Shown here: positions 17,885 to 26,633 of the stretch, one piece after another
Layout of the letters: every line of letters begins with the position of its first letter
How positions within the stretch are numbered: the stretch's first letter is position 1
Virus record (IMG/VR): IMGVR_UViG_3300028602_000031
DNA length: 42,444 nt
Source of the DNA: a virus
Direction: 5' to 3' (one strand)
The notes under the pieces: generated by a model
Databases searched by the model: none
Seen by the model: only the letters and a program-made list of their open reading frames with translations
What the model was told of the DNA's origin: nothing
Made by a program: the position numbers and the translations under genes

Positions 17885-18127
17885 ATGCCAGCGTTTGAAA
17901 AAACAACGGACTTGTATGATTATTTTCGGAGAAACGCCGTAAAGCTTGGGTGTAATCCCTGCTTTGACGACAAGATAGAAGAAATCGAGGAGATGAATAA
18001 AAAAGGAGAAGACGGAGAACCTGGGTGTCTCTGCACAGTTGTTTATGTCCCATGTCCCTGCCCAAAGGGGAAGAAGGACATCGTCGAACATGGAATATGT
18101 CACTGCGAGATTTTCAAGAAGGTGTGA
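17885..18127 (+). CDS. Ferredoxin:thioredoxin reductase catalytic-subunit-like protein
   Basis: CLC...CPC...CHC triad corresponding to the FTR CPC/CPC/CHC signature. Confidence 0.7.
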   Translation: MPAFEKTTDLYDYFRRNAVKLGCNPCFDDKIEEIEEMNKKGEDGEPGCLCTVVYVPCPCPKGKKDIVEHGICHCEIFKKV

Positions 18128-18131
18128 GAGA

Positions 18132-18863
18132 ATGAAAGTGATTTACGAACCGAAAGGCAGAGCAAAAGAGTACGCGGATCTCGCGGTAAACCTCTATAAC
18201 GGGTGTTCTCATGGATGTGAGTACTGCTATGCTCCTGCTGCAACAAGAAAGAACAGAGAAGATTTCTATAAGAACCCTGCCGCAAGAAAAGATCTGATCA
18301 GTAAACTGCTAGACGATCTTAAAGAAATGGAACCTACAATGGACGACAGAGAAATTCTAATGAGTTTTTCCTGTGATCCTTATCAGGTGTTGGATTTGTA
18401 TAAAGGAACGGCTAGACAAGCAATTGAGTGTTTTGTAGCATATAATAAGAAGTTCTCAATCTTGACAAAGGGAGGTAAACGCTCAGAAAGGGATTTTGAC
18501 CTGTTAGCTGAACATTCCGATCTTTGCCGGTATGGAGCTACCCTTGTATTCTGCAACGATGAATACTCTAAACAGTATGAGCCGAATGCTGCACCGACTT
18601 CTGAAAGAATAGAGAGCTTAAGGAAAGCTCATGAGCTTGGGATCAGAACATGGGTTTCGTTAGAACCTGCTTGGAGTTATGCAGATGTCCACGACTTGAT
18701 AATTAGGACTGCGGAATTTGTAGACGAATACAGGATTGGAATACTGAATTATCATCCACATGCAAAAGAAATTGATTGGAAATTGTTTAAGGAAGAAGTT
18801 GTGGAATTGTGCGAGTCCTTGAATGTAAATTACAAGTTGAAGAGAGATCTGGAAGTGTTGTAA
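18132..18863 (+). CDS. Radical SAM protein (spore-photoproduct-lyase-like family)
   Basis: GCSHGCEYCYA (CxxxCxxC), CDPYQ, ILTK, SLEP motifs; ATG 18132. Confidence 0.85.
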   Translation: MKVIYEPKGRAKEYADLAVNLYNGCSHGCEYCYAPAATRKNREDFYKNPAARKDLISKLLDDLKEMEPTMDDREILMSFSCDPYQVLDLYKGTARQAIECFVAYNKKFSILTKGGKRSERDFDLLAEHSDLCRYGATLVFCNDEYSKQYEPNAAPTSERIESLRKAHELGIRTWVSLEPAWSYADVHDLIIRTAEFVDEYRIGILNYHPHAKEIDWKLFKEEVVELCESLNVNYKLKRDLEVL

Positions 18864-19201
18864 TGAAAATCGAAGTGTATCTCTGTAATATGTGCCAGAA
18901 AAAAATCCCATGTATTCTACCAAAAAACGTAGGTGGAACAATCAAAGAACCATACAAGATAAAGCCCTGGAACTGGGAAGAAGAAATATGTTCATGCCCA
19001 TACGTAGAAGCTATGGCAGCAGACTTCAAGCTTACAGAAATTGAAGCTACCGAACTTATAAAATATTTTGCAAATCCCTGTGAAAACTATTTCCTGACTC
19101 CGATGTGTGATGCAAGGGGCGGTATATGCCCGAAAGAGTGCTACGGAAACATAGAGGTATGTATGCAGAACGTAGGCGTTCAGAGAAGCATTAGAAAATA
19201 A
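18863..19201 (+). CDS. Cys-rich hypothetical protein
   Basis: TAATG overlap at 18863; multiple Cys. Confidence 0.55.
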   Translation: MKIEVYLCNMCQKKIPCILPKNVGGTIKEPYKIKPWNWEEEICSCPYVEAMAADFKLTEIEATELIKYFANPCENYFLTPMCDARGGICPKECYGNIEVCMQNVGVQRSIRK

Positions 19202-19208
19202 AAGAGGT

Positions 19209-19553
19209 ATGAACATGCACGTATCAAGAGAAGTTTTTTCATTAAGAGTAAACCCCGAAATGTATATCGGAATGACGTGCCCCAACGTCAAACTCGAAAG
19301 CACGAAGACTCTAATTGAAAAATTAAGAGAGATTAATAAGAAAGATCCCGAATTCTGCTATATGTGTGAAAGGGATTGGTTTGGAAATGTTACATGGAAT
19401 TTTTCTTACTCGGTAAAAGAATGTTTTGAACACGCTAAACAGTTAATAATTGAAGACGCAAAAGAAGACAGAAGGCGTGATGGCATCCCAGATGATGATA
19501 TTTACGAGAAGGTAAGTATATTTAAAGACGAATGCATGTGCCCATTTTTATAA
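19209..19553 (+). CDS. Hypothetical protein
   Basis: 114 aa ORF with GAGGT SD. Confidence 0.55.
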   Translation: MNMHVSREVFSLRVNPEMYIGMTCPNVKLESTKTLIEKLREINKKDPEFCYMCERDWFGNVTWNFSYSVKECFEHAKQLIIEDAKEDRRRDGIPDDDIYEKVSIFKDECMCPFL

Positions 19554-19598
19554 AACATTAAAACCCACCAAAACACCACGAAAAAGAGGTACGAGAAC

Positions 19599-20129
19599 AT
19601 GAATATAATTTCAATAGAAGGACCAGACAGACTCGGAAAAACAACAATCTCAAAACTTTTAGCAGAAAGGTTAGGATACACCTACATTAAATTCCCTAAT
19701 GAAGATTATTACAGTGGGAAAATAATAAGACAAATTCTGAAGAGAGAATTACCTTTTGAACCTGCTTCTTTTCAAGCTCTCCAGATCCTAAATCGATTCG
19801 AAACATTTGAACATTTAGATCCTGACGGTGACTACATTTTTGACAGATATAAGCTCTCAGGCATCGTTTACGGACTTGCAGACGGGCTTCCTGAAGAATG
19901 GATAAGGGAAACTTGTAATTATCTTCCAGATGCGGATTATACAATTGTTCTGTATGGAATTCCTTACGGAGAGGATGACGATATTTACAGCGCAAAGCAG
20001 ATTGAAATTGCCTGGTTGTATTGTGAGGAAATTATAACATGGCAGTACCCTTCCGTCTACGTGAACGGGCAGACTGTAGAAGAATTGTATGCTGAAATCG
20101 TAGCTAAATTACCGGAGGAGTTTCTGTAA
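19599..20129 (+). CDS. tmk: Thymidylate-kinase-family dNMP kinase
   Basis: P-loop IEGPDRLGKTT, NRFE, FDRY motifs. Confidence 0.85.
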   Translation: MNIISIEGPDRLGKTTISKLLAERLGYTYIKFPNEDYYSGKIIRQILKRELPFEPASFQALQILNRFETFEHLDPDGDYIFDRYKLSGIVYGLADGLPEEWIRETCNYLPDADYTIVLYGIPYGEDDDIYSAKQIEIAWLYCEEIITWQYPSVYVNGQTVEELYAEIVAKLPEEFL

Positions 20130-20785
20130 TGCCTGTACCAGTAATGCCAAGGGTTCTGTATTGTAAATCAATTGTAGAAGCCACTTACAAATCTGTAAAT
20201 CTTATAATGAATGAAGGGAAAATCGGAAAAGACGAAAGAGGAGACAAAGTAAAATATTACAAACATCTGATAATTGTAATTCCTGTAGACGGTTGCACTG
20301 ACTCGGACGATAAATTAACTTCTCTGTGTGACGCTGCATTTGCTGAAAACCTTATTACAGGCAAACCATCGGGTTCCGGAATCCAGGCGCATGAATATAC
20401 ATACGGAGAAGAACTCCACTCTGACAACGGGTTAGAAAAGACGATTGACAAGTTGAAAGAGCATCCCGAAACAAGACGCGCTGTGATCCCCCTCTTCAAA
20501 ACAAAACATATCGACGGAAAAGAAGTTCCGTGTATGATAACAGTCGTTTTTGATATCGAATCTGATGAGGACGATGACTATCTGAACATTACTATTTTTG
20601 GAAGATCTAACGAGATGGCAATAGCCACGAAAAGCGATATTAAAGGATATGCGGAACTCGCTAAATATGTAGCAAGGAGACTCGGAATTAAAAACGGTAC
20701 TCTTTTACTCCATGATGTAAATGCCCATTGTAGAATAGGTTCTGATATAGATACGATAAAACGTATTCTCAGGGAGGGGTATTAA
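20129..20785 (+). CDS. Thymidylate synthase (ThyA)-fold protein, probably dCMP-directed (hydroxy)methylase
   Basis: YTYG, TRRAV, EVPC (Cys135), RSNE (Arg159) and His200 present; Asp170 at the position of E. coli ThyA Asn177. Confidence 0.8.
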   Translation: MPVPVMPRVLYCKSIVEATYKSVNLIMNEGKIGKDERGDKVKYYKHLIIVIPVDGCTDSDDKLTSLCDAAFAENLITGKPSGSGIQAHEYTYGEELHSDNGLEKTIDKLKEHPETRRAVIPLFKTKHIDGKEVPCMITVVFDIESDEDDDYLNITIFGRSNEMAIATKSDIKGYAELAKYVARRLGIKNGTLLLHDVNAHCRIGSDIDTIKRILREGY

Positions 20786-21204
20786 TCACCCCTGAACAAA
20801 AACGGCTCGCCCTTTTCCTTCAAAAATACCAAAAATCCTCAAGAATATCCTCATCAAAATTTTTTATATCCCCACTGAAGGAAGCCGAGACAGAGAACCT
20901 TCTGTATGCAAAAATCGTTGATGGATACAGGGATTCTCATGATAACAACCTCTGGAAAATTAGACTCAATGAAGAGGCATTAAACATGAAAGAACCACCG
21001 ATAGAAACACCACAAAGAAAAAGATTATCGTATCCAATGAAAAAAGTATTAAAGGTTCTTAAGAAAAATTCACCATGCGCATTTCGAGATTTCCCGTTTA
21101 CAATCCAGTTTTCTACACTGGAAGCTCTGAAAAAAAGAGGGTATATTGAGATTCCGGAAAAAAATAAGATTTTTATTACAGAGGCAGGGGCGGAGGCAGT
21201 ATGA
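20785..21204 (+). CDS. Tandem winged-helix-like protein, apparent ATC start
   Basis: Frame is open for 67 codons upstream of ATG 20986, back to TAATC after a GGAGGG SD; C-terminal TLEALKKRGYI...FITEAG. Confidence 0.5.
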   Translation: MTPEQKRLALFLQKYQKSSRISSSKFFISPLKEAETENLLYAKIVDGYRDSHDNNLWKIRLNEEALNMKEPPIETPQRKRLSYPMKKVLKVLKKNSPCAFRDFPFTIQFSTLEALKKRGYIEIPEKNKIFITEAGAEAV

Positions 21205-21473
21205 ACGAGATCCTTGTTACTGAATGGGACATACGCAGAGCCGAGTGTATATGTTTTCAGAGCGAAAGGAAAGAGTTCAAAAACAAACTCAGGATAGAAG
21301 CTGAAGAGATACTTGACATGAGGGATGCGCTGCTCAGTGGAAGGCGGTAAAATGGATAATACAAAGCCTTCCGGATGTGTTCGACTCAACTGCAAACATA
21401 AAAACTTGGGGATGTTGAATTATCCCTGCTATGGATGTTTTATAGCGTGGTTATGGATCGTGGAGGGAGAAGA

Positions 21474-21884
21474 TTGAGCAATAAAAAAGCAGGAAATGAT
21501 TTTGAAGACCAATTTGCAGAACTCGCAGGAAGTAAGGGGTTCTGGGCACATCGAATGACAGCAAACGTAGACGGACAGCCAGCAGATGTGATAATTTGTA
21601 AAAACAATGTACCTATTCTGGTTGACTGCAAGGACTGTAAAAATAACGTATTCAAGCTGTCCAGGATAGAAGAAAACCAGGAACTCGCAATGACAAAATG
21701 GATAGAACAGGGAAACAAATACGCTTTATTTGCTTTGAAAATTGAAAATGATGTATGGTTAATTCCTTTCATGATTTTGATGAATTATAAAAAGGCAGGG
21801 ATTAAACAACTTAATAAAACTCTGATACTTGAAGAAGGTTATTCGCTCGAAGAATTTGAGGAAACGATAATGAGAGGGAGATAA
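21474..21884 (+). CDS. Holliday junction resolvase (PD-(D/E)xK, RecU/Hjc-like)
   Basis: GNDFE...PADVI...LVDCK motif; TTG start after GGAGGG. Confidence 0.75.
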   Translation: MSNKKAGNDFEDQFAELAGSKGFWAHRMTANVDGQPADVIICKNNVPILVDCKDCKNNVFKLSRIEENQELAMTKWIEQGNKYALFALKIENDVWLIPFMILMNYKKAGIKQLNKTLILEEGYSLEEFEETIMRGR

Positions 21885-21887
21885 TAT

Positions 21888-23333
21888 ATGCAGATAACAG
21901 TCAGTAATGAGATAATTATTACAAATCCTTCTTCTGAAATAGAAAGTTTCTGCAAAAAAAACCTTGTACTTGAAAATCCCGAATATTATAAAAAGTTGAG
22001 AATGGGTTTTTATGTGGGGAAAACTCCCACTACCATTTCTCTGTATAAGAAAAATGGAAATAAAATATGCCTGCCTGCCGGATGCATCAGCGATCTATTA
22101 CAGATATTACCATCCGGAACAGTCAACGAGATAAAATATGACCTGGCTCAGAACCCTTCGATAGATTACAACTGTGAAATTCCTTTATATGATTACCAGG
22201 AAAAAGCTCTGGAATCGATGCTTACTACAAATTATGGGATTCTACAGGCTCCGTGTGGGAGCGGAAAAACTCAGATAGGGATAAGTATTGCAGCCTCTCT
22301 CAAAATGAAAACACTGTGGCTTACGCACACTGTAGATCTGCTTAATCAGTCGAAGGAGCGAGCAGCACAGTACATGGATAAAAAATTAATAGGGACAATA
22401 ACTGCCGGAAAAGTCAACATCTCAGAGGGTATTACGTTTGCAACAGTTCAAACCATGGTAAATTTAAATCTGCCTGATTATAAATATGATTGGGATTTGA
22501 TAATCGTTGACGAATGCCATCGAGCAGCAGGGACATTTTCAAAATTGACAATGTTTTCAAAAGTTATTAACAGTTTAGCCGCATCCAGAAAATACGGATT
22601 AAGTGCAACTGTCCATAGAGGGGACGGATTAATAAAAAGTACCTTTGCACTTTTAGGAAATGTAGCTCATATTGTAACTAGTGAAGCGGTAGCGGATAAG
22701 ACCATAGGAGTAACAATTCAGGAAATCAAAACAGGGATACGAGTCTCAGATGCTTGTCAAAATCCTGACGGGACTATAAATTATTCGGATCTGATCGGAT
22801 ACCTGGCAGAAAACGAGCAGAGGACGGAAACAATTGTTTCCAAAATCTTAGAGAATAAAGATCACAGTAATTTGATTTTGTCTGACCGCCTGAACCACCT
22901 GAGAGACATTATAGAAGGTCTTAAGGCAAGAGGGATACAAGAAGACCAGATAAGAATGATTGACGGGCAAATGGTTTCTAAGAAGGCTAAGGAAGAACGT
23001 AAGAATGCAATAATTGACATGAGAGAAGGTCGAGCTAAATTTTTATTTGCCTCTTACAGTCTGGCAAAAGAAGGGCTTGACATCCCGTGCCTGGATAGGT
23101 TATACTTATCTCTGCCGAAAAAAGATTTTGCTGTTGTTACACAATCGATAGGTAGAATTGCAAGAACGTGTGAGGGAAAGGATACAGCGATTGCGTATGA
23201 TTTTGTAGATGAAATCGGGTTTTGTATCAATGGATGGAAACAGAGGAAGACGATTTACAGGAAAAAGGGATGCGAGATCATAGAAGGGGCAAAGAAGGCT
23301 GTACCTGGGCAGAAGGCACTTTGTTGTTTTTGA
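21888..23333 (+). CDS. Superfamily 2 DExH helicase (UvsW/XPB-like)
   Basis: YDYQ, APCGSGKT, DECH, SAT, EGLDIP and QSIGRIAR motifs. Confidence 0.92.
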   Translation: MQITVSNEIIITNPSSEIESFCKKNLVLENPEYYKKLRMGFYVGKTPTTISLYKKNGNKICLPAGCISDLLQILPSGTVNEIKYDLAQNPSIDYNCEIPLYDYQEKALESMLTTNYGILQAPCGSGKTQIGISIAASLKMKTLWLTHTVDLLNQSKERAAQYMDKKLIGTITAGKVNISEGITFATVQTMVNLNLPDYKYDWDLIIVDECHRAAGTFSKLTMFSKVINSLAASRKYGLSATVHRGDGLIKSTFALLGNVAHIVTSEAVADKTIGVTIQEIKTGIRVSDACQNPDGTINYSDLIGYLAENEQRTETIVSKILENKDHSNLILSDRLNHLRDIIEGLKARGIQEDQIRMIDGQMVSKKAKEERKNAIIDMREGRAKFLFASYSLAKEGLDIPCLDRLYLSLPKKDFAVVTQSIGRIARTCEGKDTAIAYDFVDEIGFCINGWKQRKTIYRKKGCEIIEGAKKAVPGQKALCCF

Positions 23334-23342
23334 GGTTTTAGC

Positions 23343-23459
23343 GTGACCGATGTTATTTCAAAATATTTTGAAATGGAAATTATTTCAAGTGTTGTAGGAC
23401 TTCTCATCCTGGTATGGTATTATTTCAAAGAGAAAAGAAAGATCATGAGGAGAAAATGA
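23343..23459 (+). CDS. Small single-pass membrane protein (not in ORF track)
   Basis: 38 aa, IISSVVGLLILVWYYF followed by a basic tail; TGA overlaps the next ATG. Confidence 0.4.
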   Translation: MTDVISKYFEMEIISSVVGLLILVWYYFKEKRKIMRRK

Positions 23460-23896
23460 GTAGCGGCAACTTCCACGAAGGATTTAATCTTGCACTTCTT
23501 TCAATTTCCTTTTTAATTTTATCAGGGGCAGGATTAATATTTTCATTTATGTGGTTTTTCTTCGTTGAGTGTGTTCTTTTTTGGCTGCATGGATATTTTC
23601 ATACTATGTATGTTAACCCTGACAGCGATACAAAATCAAATGCATCAAAAAGACTAGGGAAACTCGGAAGGGTAATTGATATAATCTTTCCACACAGAGG
23701 ACTCTTGCATAATCCGGCATTCTGGATTATCTTGTATTTCTTAATCGGATATAAAATTTATATTGAGTACAATTATATTATCTGGTGGGCGACAGGAGGC
23801 TTAGAAATGATATTCAGTCACCTGCTAGTGGATGAGATCAGTACAGGAAAAAAAAGGTTTTGGAGAAAAGTTAAGAAAGCAATTCCATTTATTTAA
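23456..23896 (+). CDS. Membrane-bound putative metal-binding/hydrolase protein (DUF2227/YdjM-like)
   Basis: MSSGNFH, PDSD, FPHRGLLH and SHLLVD motifs with transmembrane segments. Confidence 0.6.
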   Translation: MSSGNFHEGFNLALLSISFLILSGAGLIFSFMWFFFVECVLFWLHGYFHTMYVNPDSDTKSNASKRLGKLGRVIDIIFPHRGLLHNPAFWIILYFLIGYKIYIEYNYIIWWATGGLEMIFSHLLVDEISTGKKRFWRKVKKAIPFI

Positions 23897-23916
23897 TATT
23901 ATTTTTTTCTTCGCGC

Positions 23917-23949
23917 ATGAGTACAAACATTTATATACTTTGTACGCAT
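23917..23949 (+). repeat. Repeated promoter A: TATA box flanked by inverted repeat GTACAAA/TTTGTAC
   Basis: Near-identical to 24717-24748. Confidence 0.75.
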
Positions 23950-23973
23950 AGTAATATATACAGGTGAAATAAG

Positions 23974-24366
23974 ATGACAAACGAAATCACGATAGATGGA
24001 CGAAATGTAAGACTCTACCGAAGCATGTACGACTACGTTGAAGACGCTGACTTCGGATACTATGAAATTCAGGATGGAAAAGAAAGAGAAACGCCATTCG
24101 TTGAGCCAATCAAGCCACTAGAAGATTCAATCTTTGGTATTTGGATCAATGATGACCTCAAATATGAAGGAAATACCTATGTTCGCGTGAACTTCGGAGA
24201 GGACGACAGTGAGGTTGAAAGTTTCCTGCTTGAGAGTGCCCTGGATGAAGAAGTGTTCTTGATCTACAATAAGATCGAGATCAGAGGGAACGAAGCAGCA
24301 TACAGAGCAAATGCCATCTGCTACAGAACTGAAGAACTCGCATATCTAAGTGGAAATTTAGATTGA
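23974..24366 (+). CDS. Acidic hypothetical protein
   Basis: 130 aa, D/E-rich; AGGTGA SD; first gene after promoter A. Confidence 0.65.
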   Translation: MTNEITIDGRNVRLYRSMYDYVEDADFGYYEIQDGKERETPFVEPIKPLEDSIFGIWINDDLKYEGNTYVRVNFGEDDSEVESFLLESALDEEVFLIYNKIEIRGNEAAYRANAICYRTEELAYLSGNLD

Positions 24367-24375
24367 GGTCGAAAA

Positions 24376-24720
24376 ATGACCTCGAAAATAACATTTTCAA
24401 ATATCAAACACACAATCGTGAAATCGTCTTCTGAAATTACATATACAGAAAGAAGTTCCGGAAAGCTGTATGCTAGGAGTATAATCAACAGACTTGCACC
24501 TGGGCTTAGAATCGAGGCTTTTGTTCTGAAAACACCAACTTTCACATGCTACGATGTTTTCACAGTATATGAAGACGACATAAGAAAAGATACAAGGAGG
24601 TGTTTCCAGACACTTCCCCACACATACATGGAAGCGGGCAAACTACCAGTAAAAACGGATTTCATGAAAAAAATAAAAGACGGAGATACCATACTTATTA
24701 TATTACATAAAATATTATGA
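24376..24720 (+). CDS. Hypothetical protein
   Basis: 114 aa ORF with GAGGT SD. Confidence 0.6.
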   Translation: MTSKITFSNIKHTIVKSSSEITYTERSSGKLYARSIINRLAPGLRIEAFVLKTPTFTCYDVFTVYEDDIRKDTRRCFQTLPHTYMEAGKLPVKTDFMKKIKDGDTILIILHKIL

Positions 24721-24748
24721 GTACAAACATTTTATACTTTGTACGCAT
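24717..24748 (+). repeat. Repeated promoter B (copy of A)
   Basis: ATGAGTACAAACATTTTATACTTTGTACGCAT. Confidence 0.75.
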
Positions 24749-24801
24749 TGTAAGATCCAGAAGTAAAAGAAACGGACTCAACTAAAAAGGAGATAACCAC
24801 C

Positions 24802-25524
24802 ATGCACGAAACACCACCGCTAATTTTCGATATCATAATACACAGGAGGACAATATCATCAATCCTTGACGCAACAACGAAACGACTCCTTGAGAAATGT
24901 AAAAACCTTTGCAATGAACTCTTAACCATGAGTCATAATGATAGAAAAAAATTCATTGCGAAGCTGGAGCAATATTCAGACCTGAAAAATGGATTAATTG
25001 CAAAGGGTCTTTTCGAGTTACTGCCAAATGTTACAATTCTGTACCCAAAGTCCACTAGAAAACAAAAATATCACCATAAGCAGGTAGAAATAAAAAGGAA
25101 GGAAGTAGTGTCTACAGAAGATCTTTTGAAAGAGAATGATTCTCTACTTCTGAAACTGAGACAGATATCAATTGATAATATTCTTCCCAGGATGCCGGAG
25201 TTTGAGAGATATAAAATTGTACTCATGGAACTGAAATGCAGAGGCATTCAGATGTTTGACAGGCTGTACTACAACTACAAACAGAGCGCAGGACAACTAA
25301 GAAAAAGAAAAAGATTGATAAAGCTGCTCGGTGGCGTTTGTGCGAAGTGCGGTACTGTGGAAAACTTGACACTGCACCACATTGTTCCACTTTCAAAAGG
25401 GGGCAGCAGTGACGTTCTGAACCTGCAAGCGTTATGTAAAAAATGTCACTGTGCAGAGCATGGGATTACGAGCGTAAATCCTGTTATGGTAGCACAGTTT
25501 AAGAAGGCAGGCATAAGCATTTAA
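24802..25524 (+). CDS. HNH endonuclease-domain protein
   Basis: C-terminal CAKC...LHHIVPLSKGG...NLQALCKKCHCAEH. Confidence 0.85.
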   Translation: MHETPPLIFDIIIHRRTISSILDATTKRLLEKCKNLCNELLTMSHNDRKKFIAKLEQYSDLKNGLIAKGLFELLPNVTILYPKSTRKQKYHHKQVEIKRKEVVSTEDLLKENDSLLLKLRQISIDNILPRMPEFERYKIVLMELKCRGIQMFDRLYYNYKQSAGQLRKRKRLIKLLGGVCAKCGTVENLTLHHIVPLSKGGSSDVLNLQALCKKCHCAEHGITSVNPVMVAQFKKAGISI

Positions 25525-25529
25525 AGGAA

Positions 25530-25712
25530 GTGAAAATGATGCTCGCAGAAATCTATTCAAAATCTGAAATTCAAGAACTAAAAAACAGAGTAAATGACCT
25601 TGTAAAAGAAATGAAACGAACGAGAAGTCCAGTGATGAGAAAACAAATCATGGATCAGATAACTGAATATAATGTTATAATATGGGATTTTCAAAAAATA
25701 GAAACGAGGTAA
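25530..25712 (+). CDS. Hypothetical protein
   Basis: 60 aa helical ORF. Confidence 0.5.
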   Translation: MKMMLAEIYSKSEIQELKNRVNDLVKEMKRTRSPVMRKQIMDQITEYNVIIWDFQKIETR

Positions 25713-25717
25713 AAGAA

Positions 25718-26089
25718 ATGGGAAAAGTAACAATCAACGGAAAAACGATTTCCTTTTCAGGAAATAACGTTTGTATCCAGAACAACAAAGTCTACGTAGA
25801 CGGAAAACTCCTCACATGTGAAGAGGCAAAAGAACCCGTAAAACTCGTAATAGAGGGCGAGCCTGTAAATGTAAAAACACAGGGAGACATAGAAGTACAT
25901 GGTAATGTAAAAGGAAAAGTTGACGCTGGAGGATCGGTAACTTGTGGTGACGTTGGCGGTACTGTGGACGCTGGCGGCTCAGTACATTCCGGAGATGTTT
26001 CTGGATCAGTGGATGCAGGGGGAAGTGTGCACTGTGGTAATGTAAGCGGGGACGTTGAATGCGGAGGAAACGTAACGAGAAAATATTAA
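25718..26089 (+). CDS. Beta-helical repeat (bactofilin-like) protein
   Basis: Tandem 15 aa repeats VDAGGSVxCGDVxGx; ATG 25718 after GAGGT. Confidence 0.55.
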   Translation: MGKVTINGKTISFSGNNVCIQNNKVYVDGKLLTCEEAKEPVKLVIEGEPVNVKTQGDIEVHGNVKGKVDAGGSVTCGDVGGTVDAGGSVHSGDVSGSVDAGGSVHCGNVSGDVECGGNVTRKY

Positions 26090-26131
26090 TAAGTTTTAAA
26101 AGATATCAACACCACAAAGGAGCTAAACAAA

Positions 26132-26287
26132 ATGACCGAGACATGGACTAAAAAAACCACCGAAGCACTGAAACAGTTTTCTGACTGTTTTGAGAAAGTT
26201 GAAGGAAAAGAAAATAAAAACATATTTTCTCCGGAAGAGGAAAAGTTAGCTGCCGATATGCTGAGAGCCACCAGACAAAGATATTGA
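26132..26287 (+). CDS. Hypothetical protein (not in ORF track)
   Basis: 51 aa; leader CACCACAAAGGAGCTAAACAAAATG. Confidence 0.55.
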   Translation: MTETWTKKTTEALKQFSDCFEKVEGKENKNIFSPEEEKLAADMLRATRQRY

Positions 26288-26296
26288 AGAGGTAAC

Positions 26297-26602
26297 GTGT
26301 TTCAAATTCTATTCTTTTTAATTTTTCTCCATTATTTAGGCGACTTCCCATTTCAAGGTCAGTTCCTAGCTGAGAATAAGGGCAAAGATGATTACTTGCT
26401 ATTTGCCCATGCTTTCATATGGGCTGGAACTGTTTCAGTGGGGCTTCTATATTTTGGAAGTTTTGAATTATGGAAAGCTCTGTTTTTGCTTGGAGGACAT
26501 TTTCTGATTGATAGATGGAAAGCTAGAAAGGAAGTTTCATGCAAGAGAGAACTTATTATAGACCAGTTTTTACATTTTATTCAAATTATAATTGTTATTT
26601 AA
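26297..26602 (+). CDS. DUF3307-like membrane protein
   Basis: HYLGDFPFQ...AH...HFLID...DQFLH motif series. Confidence 0.7.
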   Translation: MFQILFFLIFLHYLGDFPFQGQFLAENKGKDDYLLFAHAFIWAGTVSVGLLYFGSFELWKALFLLGGHFLIDRWKARKEVSCKRELIIDQFLHFIQIIIVI

Positions 26603-26633
26603 TTTATTTGACATTTTCATTTTTTTTAAATCG

